NCBI GenBank assembly: GCA_951406725.2
Contig: OX597824.1
Location: forward strand, 93,744,001 to 93,808,000
Length of the DNA: 64,000 nt
Origin: Octopus vulgaris
Lineage: Eukaryota
Direction of reading: 5' to 3'
Shown: one piece after another, positions 42,790-54,361 of the stretch
How positions within the stretch are numbered: the stretch's first letter is position 1
Layout of the letters: every line of letters starts with the position of its first letter
Translations under genes and position numbers: made by a program
The notes under the pieces: model-generated
What the model was told of the DNA's origin: nothing
Databases searched by the model: none
The model's input: only the letters and a program-made list of their open reading frames with translations

Positions 42790-43900
42790 TACAAAATGTT
42801 TAAAGCTGTATTTCTTTACGTGCCAAACCAAATTTCTTGCGAAAACTCCAGGTAATTATTTCAAGAATTTTATGATATCTACATTTTTCGTACCTGTAGT
42901 CTTTGCTATCGGAAACAGTTAACAAATCATTTAATCGCTGCGAATATGCGGCATTGAAAAGGGCACAAAAAGATAAACCACGTCTTGCGTTCTTGCTGGT
43001 AGCTGCTGGAACGGATTTTCTCCAGCCTTTGATATTTATTGTCTTTTTAACACAGCACGTCCATAAAAAGATTTTGTCTACTACAGTAATACACAGATGG
43101 ATCGTCATTTATTTAGCCATTGCCAACTGTCTTTTTATCCCTTGTCTTTTTCTAACTTCTTGTAAAACCCAGAGTGGTGTTTCTCCCCATCAAGAATCGA
43201 TTTCTACTTTTTTTCTGCTGCTTTTGGTCTCCATGAAAACTCGTAAATATGCATTCCTTTATTACCTCTTTAAGCAGAGTGTCTTCCTCTACTTCTATGC
43301 AGAAGAACAGACTGTTCTTCCCTTCTCTTTTACTATACCTTCGACTCCCATTACAACTATATCATTTTGTTCAGCTCAGTCATTCAGACTGGACATCCAC
43401 TCTGTTTGTGTGTGTATAGTTATAATACAGTTTATGGTCATTTCGTTATTCTATGAGAAATTTTCTACTACATGTTTATATAACCTTGCTTTCATCGGAA
43501 TTTGGTTTACGCTGACATAATTTCCAATTTATGAAAGACTCCCAATTGTACCGTGTCTGCAGATATAGTCTTTCTTAATTAGACGGCGCAGCTAGAAACA
43601 ATGGAATTAATTGCTTCTTCCCCTCTCCCTCATTCATATTTTGTAGTTATGGAATGTTTTCTGCTTCATTACCTTTTCTAAGGGCAAACCTTTGATCATG
43701 CTCCACAAACAAAACTCTTTGAATCTCACCTTTGAGTCCTGCGCTTCTCAGCCAGAGTAGCAATTCTCCTATATTGATTTCCAAACCTATTCACTTTGTT
43801 CTGGTTTTCGCCATGCAGTGTAGTGGAGTGACTTGCCAAAGCTTAAACATCACATTTTCTAATCACACATTTATCTTAGTTTTTTTTTTCAAAATTTTCC
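42790..43900 (-). mobile_element. Two heavily degraded R4/Dong-type LINE ORF fragments in tandem
   Basis: Minus strand with frameshifts: WQVTPLH..WLRSAGLKGE..EEAINSIVSSC..KKDYICRH..INWKLCQ (~43850-43500), then again WGETPL..DSWQWL..RYHKILEIITWSFRKKFGL (~43200-42800). Both resemble the zinc-knuckle/RHD region upstream of the RLE domain. Confidence 0.6.
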
Positions 43901-44124
43901 AATTTTTTTTTTGCCTCTTCAAACCGCTGGTCCGCGATTAGAATTGTTCCTAAACAGAGAAAATAGATTTTTTTTAGTAATTTTTAGCAAACTTTTTAAT
44001 GTCTAATAGTTTTACTAGATATTCTGGTGTCAAACAATGGTTGTTATGTTGTAGCTTGTTGCTCTCATCATTGTTATTGTTATTGTTGTAGCGTTTCTTG
44101 TTGTTGTTGATGTTGTTGGTAAGA

Positions 44125-44305
44125 GCCGTTGTATGTCGGTCAAAATGCTTAACGGCATTTCGTTGGTTTTCTACGTTCTGAGTTCAAAATCTGCTTTTCA
44201 TGACTTCGGAATCAATAAAAATAAATGTTAATTAATTACTGAAATCGATGAAATCTACTTAACCACTCCCTCGAAATTGCTGGCCTTGTGCCAAAAATTT
44301 GAAAC
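44125..44305 (+). mobile_element. SINE family A, diverged
   Basis: caaaatgcttaacggcatttcg..cgttctgagttcaaa..ccctcgaaattgctggccttgtgcc. Confidence 0.6.
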
Positions 44306-44385
44306 CCTTATCATTATTATTATTATTATTATTATTATTGTTGTTCTTGTTGTTGTTGTTGTTATTATTATTATTATTATTATTG

Positions 44386-44928
44386 TGTGAGCGAGCAGTC
44401 GCATGCCATCAAAGTGACACAGGGGTAAAATATACAAAGCCCAGTACACCCATCATGTATAACTGTCTGATAAGGATACACCAAGCACATGCATCATAAC
44501 CATATGTGCGCAACATGGTGGTTTTATATTAAGCACATACCGTAGGACCTTGCAGGTAGGGCCCAGGTAGAATTTTCTTCAGGTTGAGTAGATCAGCCTG
44601 TTCAAAAGGTCCCCGAACAAGGCTTGTTAAAGGAAAATGAAAAAAAAACACCCATGTTTCCAAAAGTGAATTATTCAAACCCCAAAGAATCCCTGGCAAC
44701 ACATGGCTATGATGCTCCCCCACTACTTCCCATCGAGATAACAGATGCACATATCGTCAGTCATTAAGGCACATGGTCAACTGGATAAGGCCAAAAAACT
44801 GACAAGCAAATCTGTGGTATTGAGCAGAATATTTGCCGTAGCCCATCTTTTATACCAAGACAAAACAATGTACATGATAACACTTACAATCAGTTGAGGT
44901 CAGATGCCATGAGAGCCATCAGGGCATT
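44386..44928 (-). mobile_element. Unclassified ~540-bp element bounded by (ATT)n on both sides
   Basis: Higher-complexity block with sharp edges inside an (ATT)n array; the minus strand ends in (AAT)n like the Dong copy. Orientation and mobile status are inferred. Confidence 0.45.
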
Positions 44929-44956
44929 TATTATTATTATATTCATATATATCTAT

Positions 44957-45259
44957 ATGGTTTAGTGGTTAGGGCGTCTGGCTCACGATCGTAAGGTCGT
45001 GAGTTCAATTCCAGGCGACACGTTGTGTGCTTGAGCAAGACACTTTAATTCACTTTGTTCCAGTCCACTCAGCCGGCGAAAAGGAATAGTACCTGTATTT
45101 CAAAGGGCCAGCCTTGTCACACTTTGCGTCACGCTGAATCTCCCTTAGAACTACGTTAAAGGTATATGTGTCTGAGGAGTTCTCAGCCACTTGCACGTTA
45201 ATTTCACATGCAAGCTGTTCCGTTGATCGTATCAGCTGGGACCCTCGTCGTCACAACCG
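44957..45259 (+). mobile_element. SINE family D (tRNA head, CORE-like middle)
   Basis: atggtttagtggttaggg (A box), gagttcaattcc (B box), cttgagcaagacacttt; tail shared with 13310-13373. Confidence 0.78.
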
Positions 45260-45336
45260 TATATATGTGTATATAGTGTTTTGGCTTGCACTTAGACGTC
45301 GTTTTTATTTGCGCCTGTAATATTTTTACAGTTTAA

Positions 45337-45676
45337 GGACGCGAGCTGGCAGAGAAGTTAGCACACCGGGCAAAATGCATAGCAGTATTCTGTCCGTTTA
45401 CGTTCTGGGTTCAAATTCCGCCGAGGTCGCCTTTGCCTTTCATCCTTTCGGGTTCGATAGATTAATTACCAGTTACGTACTGGGGTCGATCTAATCGTCT
45501 GGCTCCTTTCCCAAAAATTTCGGGGCTTGTGCCTAGATTAGAAAAGAATCATTAACGCTCAAGGCAAAATGTTTAGCGGCATTTTGTCCGTCTTTATATC
45601 CTGGGTTCAAATTCCGCTGAGGTTAATATTACCTTTCATTACACAGGGTACAATAAAATACGTACTAATAGTGCAC

Positions 45677-45678
<2 letters not shown>
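45337..45678 (+). mobile_element. SINE family A followed by a second, older monomer
   Basis: gcgagctggcagagaagttagcacaccgggc..gggttcaaattccgccgagg..; a second ctgggttcaaattccgctgagg at ~45601. Confidence 0.8.
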
Positions 45679-45740
<62 letters not shown>

Positions 45741-45749
45741 TATATATAC

Positions 45750-45784
<35 letters not shown>

Positions 45785-46660
45785 TGTATGTATTTATGTA
45801 TGTAAGTATTATAATGTGTGTGCGTGCAGGATTTTGGAGTTTGCACTTCATCTCACTGCTAGGCAACCATTGTTAGTTTGTTTATGCCCTCGTAAACCAA
45901 CTGTTTCGCCAAAGAAACAAAAAAAAATGAGTACTGGAGATCGATTCGTTCGCCTAAAACCTTTTCAAGACGGTGCCCCAGCATGGCCGCAGTCCACTAA
46001 ACTGAGTCAAGTAAATGACAAAACTTAAAGAATGTTTAGCTATTATCATATAAATAAACAAATAATAGCTATGTTTTTTTTTTTTTATTTGTAATAATTC
46101 ATTTATGTAAAAACAAATCAAAAAATAAATAAAAGATGACATTTAAAAATTTACAAAAACACGCAAATATCAAACTTTAAGATTGTGAGCAGCTGCCTTG
46201 AAGAATTTTCTTTCTTTTCTTCTTTTGTTCGGAATCATAATTGTCTATCACATATCAAATGCATTCTTCATATCTCTGTACTTCTTCGTTTAGCTGTTAA
46301 TATTTTCTTCTTTTGTTCCCTTGATAATTTCTCTTTCTCTTCTTCGAATTTGGCACCCGTTTATATCAGTCGCAATCAACATATTCTTCATCAGCTTTTA
46401 ATGTATCAGTTGTTCTCAGTGATAACTAACTCCGTTATTTTTTCTGGAAGCATCATCTCCAAGAAATTACACCAGATATTAGGCGAAGGATGTGGCTGTC
46501 GAGTTAAGAAGACCGTTTTGCAACTACGTGCTTACGGGTTCGGTATCGCTACTCGGGATCCTTGAATGCCTTTTACTATTTTACTATATATCCCTGGCCC
46601 CACTAATATCTTGTGAGTTAATTTGCTAGTAGGAAACTGTATAGAAGCTCATCGTTTCTG

Positions 46661-47002
46661 TATACATACATACATACATACATATATACATACATTCATG
46701 CATGCATGCATGCATACATACATACATACACACATACATACATAAATACATACACACACATACATACATACATACATGCATACATACACACATACATACA
46801 TGCATACATACATACATAAATACATACATACATGCATGCATGCATACATACATACATACACACATACATACATACATACACACACATACATACATGCATG
46901 CATGCATACATACATACATACATACATACATACATACATACATACATACATACATACATACATACATACATACATACATACATACATACATACATACATA
47001 CA
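46661..47002. repeat. (CATA)n microsatellite
   Basis: Direct inspection. Confidence 0.95.
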
Positions 47003-47003
47003 T

Positions 47004-47177
47004 GGTAAAGACCCCGTTTTGTCATGAATGTCCATTGGATTGCACATTCAAACTTCCCCCTCCGAGGCGCAAATGCGGGCAAAGATGTTTATGGAAGACC
47101 AGCAGCGTCACACGCATATCCACCTCCCCTATCTATGTCACCAATGTTATCCAAAGGAAGGAGACAGCCCGATACCC
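47004..47177 (-). mobile_element. SINE family F 3' half
   Basis: Reverse complement (ctttggataacat..cttccataaaca..cggagggg..gtgcaatcc..cattcatga) aligns to 21290-21440. Confidence 0.72.
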
Positions 47178-47345
47178 TTAATTTATATATTTATATGGCA
47201 AGAAGAAATTGGAGGGAATCCAGTGGTATTGTTCATCATTTGTTAGATATTATATTATTTTATTTCTATTTATTTTAAACAGTTCAGAGAATGTCTAACA
47301 ACTAATGAATAATACCTCTGGATTCTCACCATTTATTTTTGCCAA

Positions 47346-47425
<80 letters not shown>

Positions 47426-47434
47426 GTATGTATA

Positions 47435-47490
47435 CTAGTAATGCATCCCTGCATTACCCGGGTGTTATGACCTACAATCACATTGTATTG
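47435..47490 (-). mobile_element. Possible Helitron 3' end fragment
   Basis: Minus strand cccgggtaatgcagggatgcattaCTAG|t: imperfect GC hairpin followed by CTAG. Confidence 0.35.
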
Positions 47491-47578
<88 letters not shown>

Positions 47579-47777
47579 ATTATCATAATAATAAAGGGTA
47601 AGATGAATTAATTAATTAATTAATAATTAATAATTTTACCGAGTAGTTCGGTATGTTAAAAGAACCATTATCGGTAGACTTATACAAAAAATCTATAATT
47701 ATGAGTATAATTATAATTAGGGTTCAGCAAAAATTTGCTTCACCGCATACCGAAATTTAGAAATAGGAGTTAAAACT

Positions 47778-47835
47778 AACTATTTCACTACCATAAGTGA
47801 TGTCTGGGAGATTTTCTTATGGTAGTGAAATGGTT
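47778..47835. repeat. 20-bp-arm hairpin with 18-nt loop
   Basis: aactatttcactaccataag and cttatggtagtgaaatggtt, with one T-G pair. Confidence 0.9.
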
Positions 47836-48352
47836 GGAGAAAAAAAATGAGCGATAGTATAAGTACCAGTGTTTAAATACCGGAATTTATTTGCTCAATT
47901 AAACACTTCCTGATGATGCTCCAGCAGAGCCGCAATTAAATGAACGAAGCGAATAAAAGATAAGACTTATAAAAAAATATAGCTAAAAGGTCGAGTCGTG
48001 GCTGAAACGGAATCATATTGATTCCTTCTTCGATTTCCATTCAGGGTAGATGAAACGTCGTTGGAATCCTCAGTCAGTTAGACGCTAATCCAATGAGGAA
48101 ATGAACCAGTTGATCCGAGGATTTAAATAGTGGTCGTCGAAACCGACGAAGATCCATTTACTTGTCATGCAGCATATGGCACTGGAACTAAATTAAATCG
48201 TCAAGTATCAAAGTGCAAAATAAATTTAATATGAAGAGAATCTCGATTAAATTTTATTAAACGCTGGATTTGACATGTTATATGTACGCATAAATACACA
48301 CATGTATAGCTATGAACGTGGATACGCACACAAACACACACACACACACACA

Positions 48353-48394
<42 letters not shown>

Positions 48395-48740
48395 CATATA
48401 TGTATGTACACACTGTGTATATATATATATGAAACAGCGCGGAATTAAGTTATTAACATACTGGTTAGCATTTAATTCCTATATTTACTTGCGAATATAT
48501 ATGCATGTATGTATGTATGTATGTATTAATCATTACGTCCATCAAATTCTGGGATGTTGTAATACACCGCTGGTCAAAAATGCAGTTCTTCGCATTGTTG
48601 TAGCTTTTCGTTAACGACTCCCGCTGCCTCGGCGGTCAGACTAACATTGACCAAAACCCCCACCGATCTGAACACGTGTCTGCGAAAGTGTTACCCATTT
48701 GCAACTAACTGGACTGGATGTGCTTTACTGAGGAGCACAT

Positions 48741-48957
48741 TATGAAGGGTTGCTGAAACGTTCTTGGCTTTAAGAGTGTCGAGAAAGTCCTGGCTGGAGG
48801 CCCAAATTTCCTTGTTGTTTTACAGATCTTAGAAAAACTGAAGGGCCACTGTATTATGTGTCTTCAATCTGAAAAGGGAATATGTTGAATAAAATCATAA
48901 CTGATCTTATTGTATTTTCTTTTACCCAAAGCGAAAAATCTTTCAGCACCCCTCGTA
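48741..48957 (+). mobile_element. Mariner-derived MITE, copy 1
   Basis: TA-flanked TIRs tatgaagggttgctgaaacgttcttggcttt and aaagcgaaaaatctttcagcacccctcgta; internal relic of the transposase C-terminus. Confidence 0.8.
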
Positions 48958-48964
48958 TATGTGC

Positions 48965-49037
<73 letters not shown>

Positions 49038-49073
49038 AATATATACACTCACACACACACACACACACACACT

Positions 49074-49291
49074 CAAGTGAGTGCTGAAAAGTTCCTGGCT
49101 TTTAAGGGGATCGCGAAAGGGCTGATTGGAGGCCCAACCTTCCAAGTTCTTTTACAGGGCTTAGAAAAACTGAAAGGCCGCTGCAATAAGTGTGTGAATC
49201 TGAGAATATGATATGTTGGATAAAATCATAATTAATTGATCCTACTTTGTTTTTTTACACAAAGCAAAGACATTTCCCCCACACCGTCGTA
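49074..49291 (+). mobile_element. Mariner-derived MITE, copy 2
   Basis: gtgctgaaaagttcctggcttt..; encodes GLEKLKGRCNKCVNLR, resembling the mariner C-terminal GI.KL..RW.KC...G.Y motif; ends ..ccgtcgta. Confidence 0.8.
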
Positions 49292-51436
49292 CTATCATAC
49301 CTGTATATATGCACAAGCGTATGTACGTCTGTGTGTGTGTGTGTGTGCGTGCGTGTGTGTGTGTTTGTGTGTATGTGTTTGTGTGTGTGTGTGTGAGTAT
49401 CAGACAAAACCAGCCAATATAAAACGAAGCGATTGCAGCGTTAACCTTGAAGATGTCTTAATTATGAACATTTTTTATACGTTATTTTTTCAGTTGTTCA
49501 TAATTGAAGTTTGATCTCATGCGACAGTAATTTATATTGTTTAAACAGTATTTGATGTGACTTAAAGAAAATAGTTCGTTATCTGTAACATGTCATTCGA
49601 TTCGACAAAGCAGACGTTTCGTTGTTGGCACGTGTTTGTAACAGAAGCAGTCATGTGGTTGTTCGGCATACGTATGGAATCTTCTACGTCCATGCGTATT
49701 TTATCGCAGATGGAAATATATTCCTAGTGAGCGAGATACCTGAGAGAAACTGATGTCGCTTCAACATCGATCTCAACACCTCTCTAAAGGCCTCTTTCCA
49801 CTTCACCTCCTTCAACTGTCAACAGCATTGATGACATGCCAAGGTATTATGACAGCTTGCAAAGGAAAGCGACGAAGAGATGTGTCTATACCTGCAGTAA
49901 GTGTTAGAAATATTTGGAAATGTTAACATTTTCAATTTCTAGAAAGCTAACACTAAATCTTCTTGCCTTCTTTAATGATAACATTAAGAAACTGTGAGTT
50001 CCTCGAAATTCTTCGCAACGGCAATACGAAGACCACTGGGCCTATAAACAAGAGTTACCACCCTGAGGTACGGGGGCGGGAAGCAGTCGATTATATCTTC
50101 AGGAATATTTATTTTGCCGATTTCAGAAGTTTAAAAATCAAAAACACTTCTTCAAACCGTGAGTTCTGAACATGAAATAATTTAATTAAATACGGCGATG
50201 CATTTTCGTTCAGGCTTCAAATATTCTGTATTAACTTTTGGCGTTTCTAACAATATAATGTTTACAAACGCGTTACCACTTCAAATATACCTGAGGCATA
50301 TTCCAACTCATTCCTAGCGAAACTGTATTTATGCACATCCCTGCTTAGAGCTGTCACCCCGTATAATATTTACAATAATCATTTTCTTGGGTTTATGATG
50401 AGGAATGTTTAAAAATCATCAATTCTTCGAGATATTATGAAGTAACGATTATCTTCCTCGTACTAATACTCTGCTAGGAAACTCCATATAGTATATTATT
50501 GAAAAGGTTCTGTCACGAGTCCTTAAACTTTTAGGACCCGTTACCCGCATTTTCATGTCGTGAGAGTGCCCCAGATCACAACATTCTCCCAGAACGAGGG
50601 GCCATCTCGTCTCAGACCTATGAGTGATCGTCAGTGAAAAGCGCCATCCACCAGGTCACACGACTTCACAGTATATTACAGCGAATACCACCCACAAAAT
50701 AATATAAACCATTTCAGCTCAACTGTCTAGAATTTCTCCATTCAATCAGATCAAAATATGAAACTATTTTTACTAATCCTGGAAGAAAACAATTAACCAT
50801 CGTGGACAACAGAAAATTATTTATATATAATCGAAAAAACTCTAAATTTGAAATATTATGATTCGTTCTGTTTGTATTTTATATTGCTTTAACTGTGTAT
50901 TAGTGTTTATTTATTTATTTAAAAGTTTTGTTTGTTTATCTTACTCTGCGTATGTTTCTCTTCAAAATATTGTATTTTAATTCAGTAAATATTTAAACGA
51001 CATCTTAATAAAACTTAAATGGATATTATTTAGTCTTTTCTTTAGGTTTTAACATATTTTAGACGTTAGTATGTTTCAGTGTTCTATACTATATACAGTT
51101 AGATTTGCCCCAATATTTCTTATCGATAGTTACTTATTTTACCGACATCATTTTTTTATATTTTTGCAGTTTTTACTTTTACAGCCATATTGTCTCAAAC
51201 GTGAGCTTCTTCTCAGGAGACACTTTGTGCAGCGTATTGTCTTTCCGTGTCCGAATGTACACGAACATATTATGTAAGACTGTACATAACCCTATTTCAT
51301 TTAGATCTGCTTAGTACAGCTTCAATAAGTATAAATGCATGCTTGTATATTTTGTCAAGGTTATTTCTACAGATATTCAATAGAAATTAAAGACAACAAT
51401 GATTTTTTGCGATAACGTTTCCTATCGAGACGTCAG

Positions 51437-51562
51437 ATGTAAACAAACAATGTTATCGAAGAAACAAAATGGGTAATGAATGTATACGCCATATTTCGAG
51501 GGCTGTTGTCCCTTCATCAGCACCCATCTAACCCATTCATTCTTCGAATACATTGTTTACAT
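51437..51562 (-). ncRNA. Candidate type I hammerhead ribozyme
   Basis: Minus strand: stem I 5' arm, CUGAUGA, A-GGG-acaacag-CCCUC, GAAA, stem III AUAU/GUAU with GGC loop, AUA cleavage triplet, stem I 3' arm; stem I extends ~40 bp with G-U pairs. Confidence 0.6.
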
Positions 51563-52152
51563 AGCCACAGCATACTGTAGTGTTAAGTTATTGGATATAC
51601 CAATTTACATATTAAATGCATACCTGGAGCTGGAATGGAAACATTAATAATTTGTAGGTCCTTGGTACTTTGTTATGCAAACATAACATACTATAGTATG
51701 TTTGAATAACGAAATACCACGCACCTACATTTCATTAAACTTTGTACATATGTGTGCACGTGTGTGTGAGTGTGTGTGTGTGTGTGTCAGTGTGTCTGTG
51801 TATGTGACAATTAGTTGGTTGTCATAATAAAACTCAAAATCTTCTCCGGCATCTCATCAGTTATGATATATATATATATATGTGTATGTATGTATGTATG
51901 TATGAATGTATGTATATATGTGTTATAATAATGTCGCCTAATATTGTCTACTAATTTAAGAATAATGGTATGATATGAGGAAAATTCGACTGCTATTTTT
52001 GCCAACTCGTCAACCACGCAGAAGCCTTCCCTATTTGGCCGGAGAATACTTTGCTATTGTCATTTAAGCACAGAACAACTGATGATGAAAGAAGTCTACG
52101 ATGAAGTCGAGACAATCCCGTCTGTTTTTGTATATCAGGAAATACACTGCCT

Positions 52153-52191
<39 letters not shown>

Positions 52192-52852
52192 ATATATAAC
52201 CGTAGGACCCGATTTCACAGAGACATAAATGCTCTTTTGAACAGATAGAGGGGATCACACAAAAGCATCCCCGTGGAACACCTAGCCAGACGATATAAAA
52301 TGGCGTCAGCGTTTTGTTTGTCACGGAAAGAGCAGACGATAGCTATGTCCCTCACACCAACTTTAACTCCCTTTCCTTCTCTTATAATTCTCTTCCATTT
52401 ATTCAGAGAAGCTGTTGATATAAGAAGCCGAATGAGGTATGCGTTACTTGAAAACAAGCGCTGAGATTACACACATAGATACATATTCCTACATTCGAAT
52501 CATTCTAATAAAGATTTATAAATATTCTCATTTCTTTTACACAGTTGCATACATATCCACCGTATTTATATCACAAACGACGACAACAAAAGCGGAGACG
52601 CCATACAGTCTATTTCGCTGTGTTCTTAGATAAATCTGAAGTCTTTGATTTCATTCATCAATACAGAGTTCACACCGTGCATGATGCGATCGTGAAATAC
52701 GTAGAAGGCAACCGAGATTTTAGCTGAATGTATTTTCCCTACAGAGAAGAAGATAATTCTCAGTTTCCCACCATGTTCTTAGATATTATTGTAATGTCTT
52801 TATAAAGTTGTTTCTATCTTTGGAAATAAAGAGAGCTGCTGTGTGATATATA

Positions 52853-52995
<143 letters not shown>

Positions 52996-53153
52996 TAATT
53001 TCATTACACTATATATTCATTAATGAATACGTAATAAATTTATAAATATGTATGTGTTTGTATATATATATATATTTTCACACACACATATATATGTATA
53101 GATATATATATATATGAATATATGTATGTACATATATATATATATATACACAT

Positions 53154-53200
<47 letters not shown>

Positions 53201-53214
53201 TATATATATATACA

Positions 53215-53373
53215 GCTGCGAGTGGATGTGTGGTAAGTAGCTTGCTTACAAACCACATGGGTCTGGGTTCAGTCCCAATGCGTGGCACCTTGGGCAAGTC
53301 GTTACTATAGTATCGGGCCGATCAAAACCTTGTGAGTGGATTTGGCAAACGGAAACTGAAAGAAGCCTGTCGT
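53215..53373 (+). mobile_element. SINE family B head
   Basis: gagtggatgtgtggtaagtagcttgctt..gggttcagtccc..cgtggcaccttgggcaagt..gaaactgaaagaagcc. Confidence 0.85.
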
Positions 53374-53734
53374 GTATTTATATATATATATATATATAAT
53401 ACAAAATAAGAAAATGGAGGAATTCACCTTAATAATCAACTACCAGATAATACCCATTCACATAATTTATTAACCAACTACATATGAACATCAAGGTCAA
53501 ACACAATAATACAGAACAAAACGGTGCACATCAATGAGTAATATGATACCATAAGTACAATACGTATAAATAAATATAAATAAATATAAATATATATATG
53601 TACGCATATATGCATACATATATGTACATACCTACATATATCTCTCTCTCCTTCACTCTTCGTCCTTCACTCTCTCGTTGCTCACACGTGACCAGCGGCT
53701 ATCGTTATTTTTTCCTCTGGATTTACAAGAGAGA

Positions 53735-53877
53735 AGACCTGCTTTTGCCTGTCTCGTTTCTCTATTTGTTTCTTTCGTTGTCCGCAAAAGTTCGTTTTCC
53801 ATGCGTTTGTTGTGTTTTTCATGTTCTCGTTATTCATTTTGGTCACGTTTCTTTGACGTCCTGTACCCATATATGCA
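53735..53877. mobile_element. Second copy, opposite orientation, of the 35660-35835 repeat
   Basis: See 35660. Confidence 0.6.
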
Positions 53878-53901
53878 TGTATATATGCTTATATATACAT
53901 G

Positions 53902-53950
<49 letters not shown>

Positions 53951-54361
53951 GTCTCAGGAGTGGCTGTGTCGTAAGTAGATTGCTTACCAACCACATGGTT
54001 TCGTGTTCATTCCTACTGCGTGGCACCTTGTGCAAGTTTCTTCTACTATGGTTTCGGACCGACGAAAGCCTTATGAGTAGATTTGGTAGATGATAGAAGA
54101 CCGTCGTATATATGTATATACATATATGTGTGTGTGTCTGAGTGTGTGTGTGTGCGCGTGTGTTTATGTGTCTGTGTTTGTCGTTTAGCATCGCTTGACA
54201 ACCGATGCCGGTGTTGTTACGTGACCGTAACTTAGCGGTTCGGCAAAATAAATCGATAGAATAAGTACTAGCGTAACAAAGAAAAAGTCTTGGAATCGAT
54301 TTCCTCGACTAAAAGCTGTGCTCCAGAATGGCCGCAGTCAAATGACTGAAACAAGTAAAAG
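53951..54361 (+). mobile_element. SINE family B, full length
   Basis: Head, (TA)(TG) spacer at ~54107-54175, tail ending aaatgactgaaacaagtaaaag. Confidence 0.9.

Noticed and set aside
42903-43520. 205-aa + strand ORF
   Set aside because: It is the antisense shadow of the degraded R4/Dong fragments on the minus strand.
46185-46450. Lys/Glu-rich reading on the minus strand
   Set aside because: Interrupted by stops in the frames examined and no recognisable motif.
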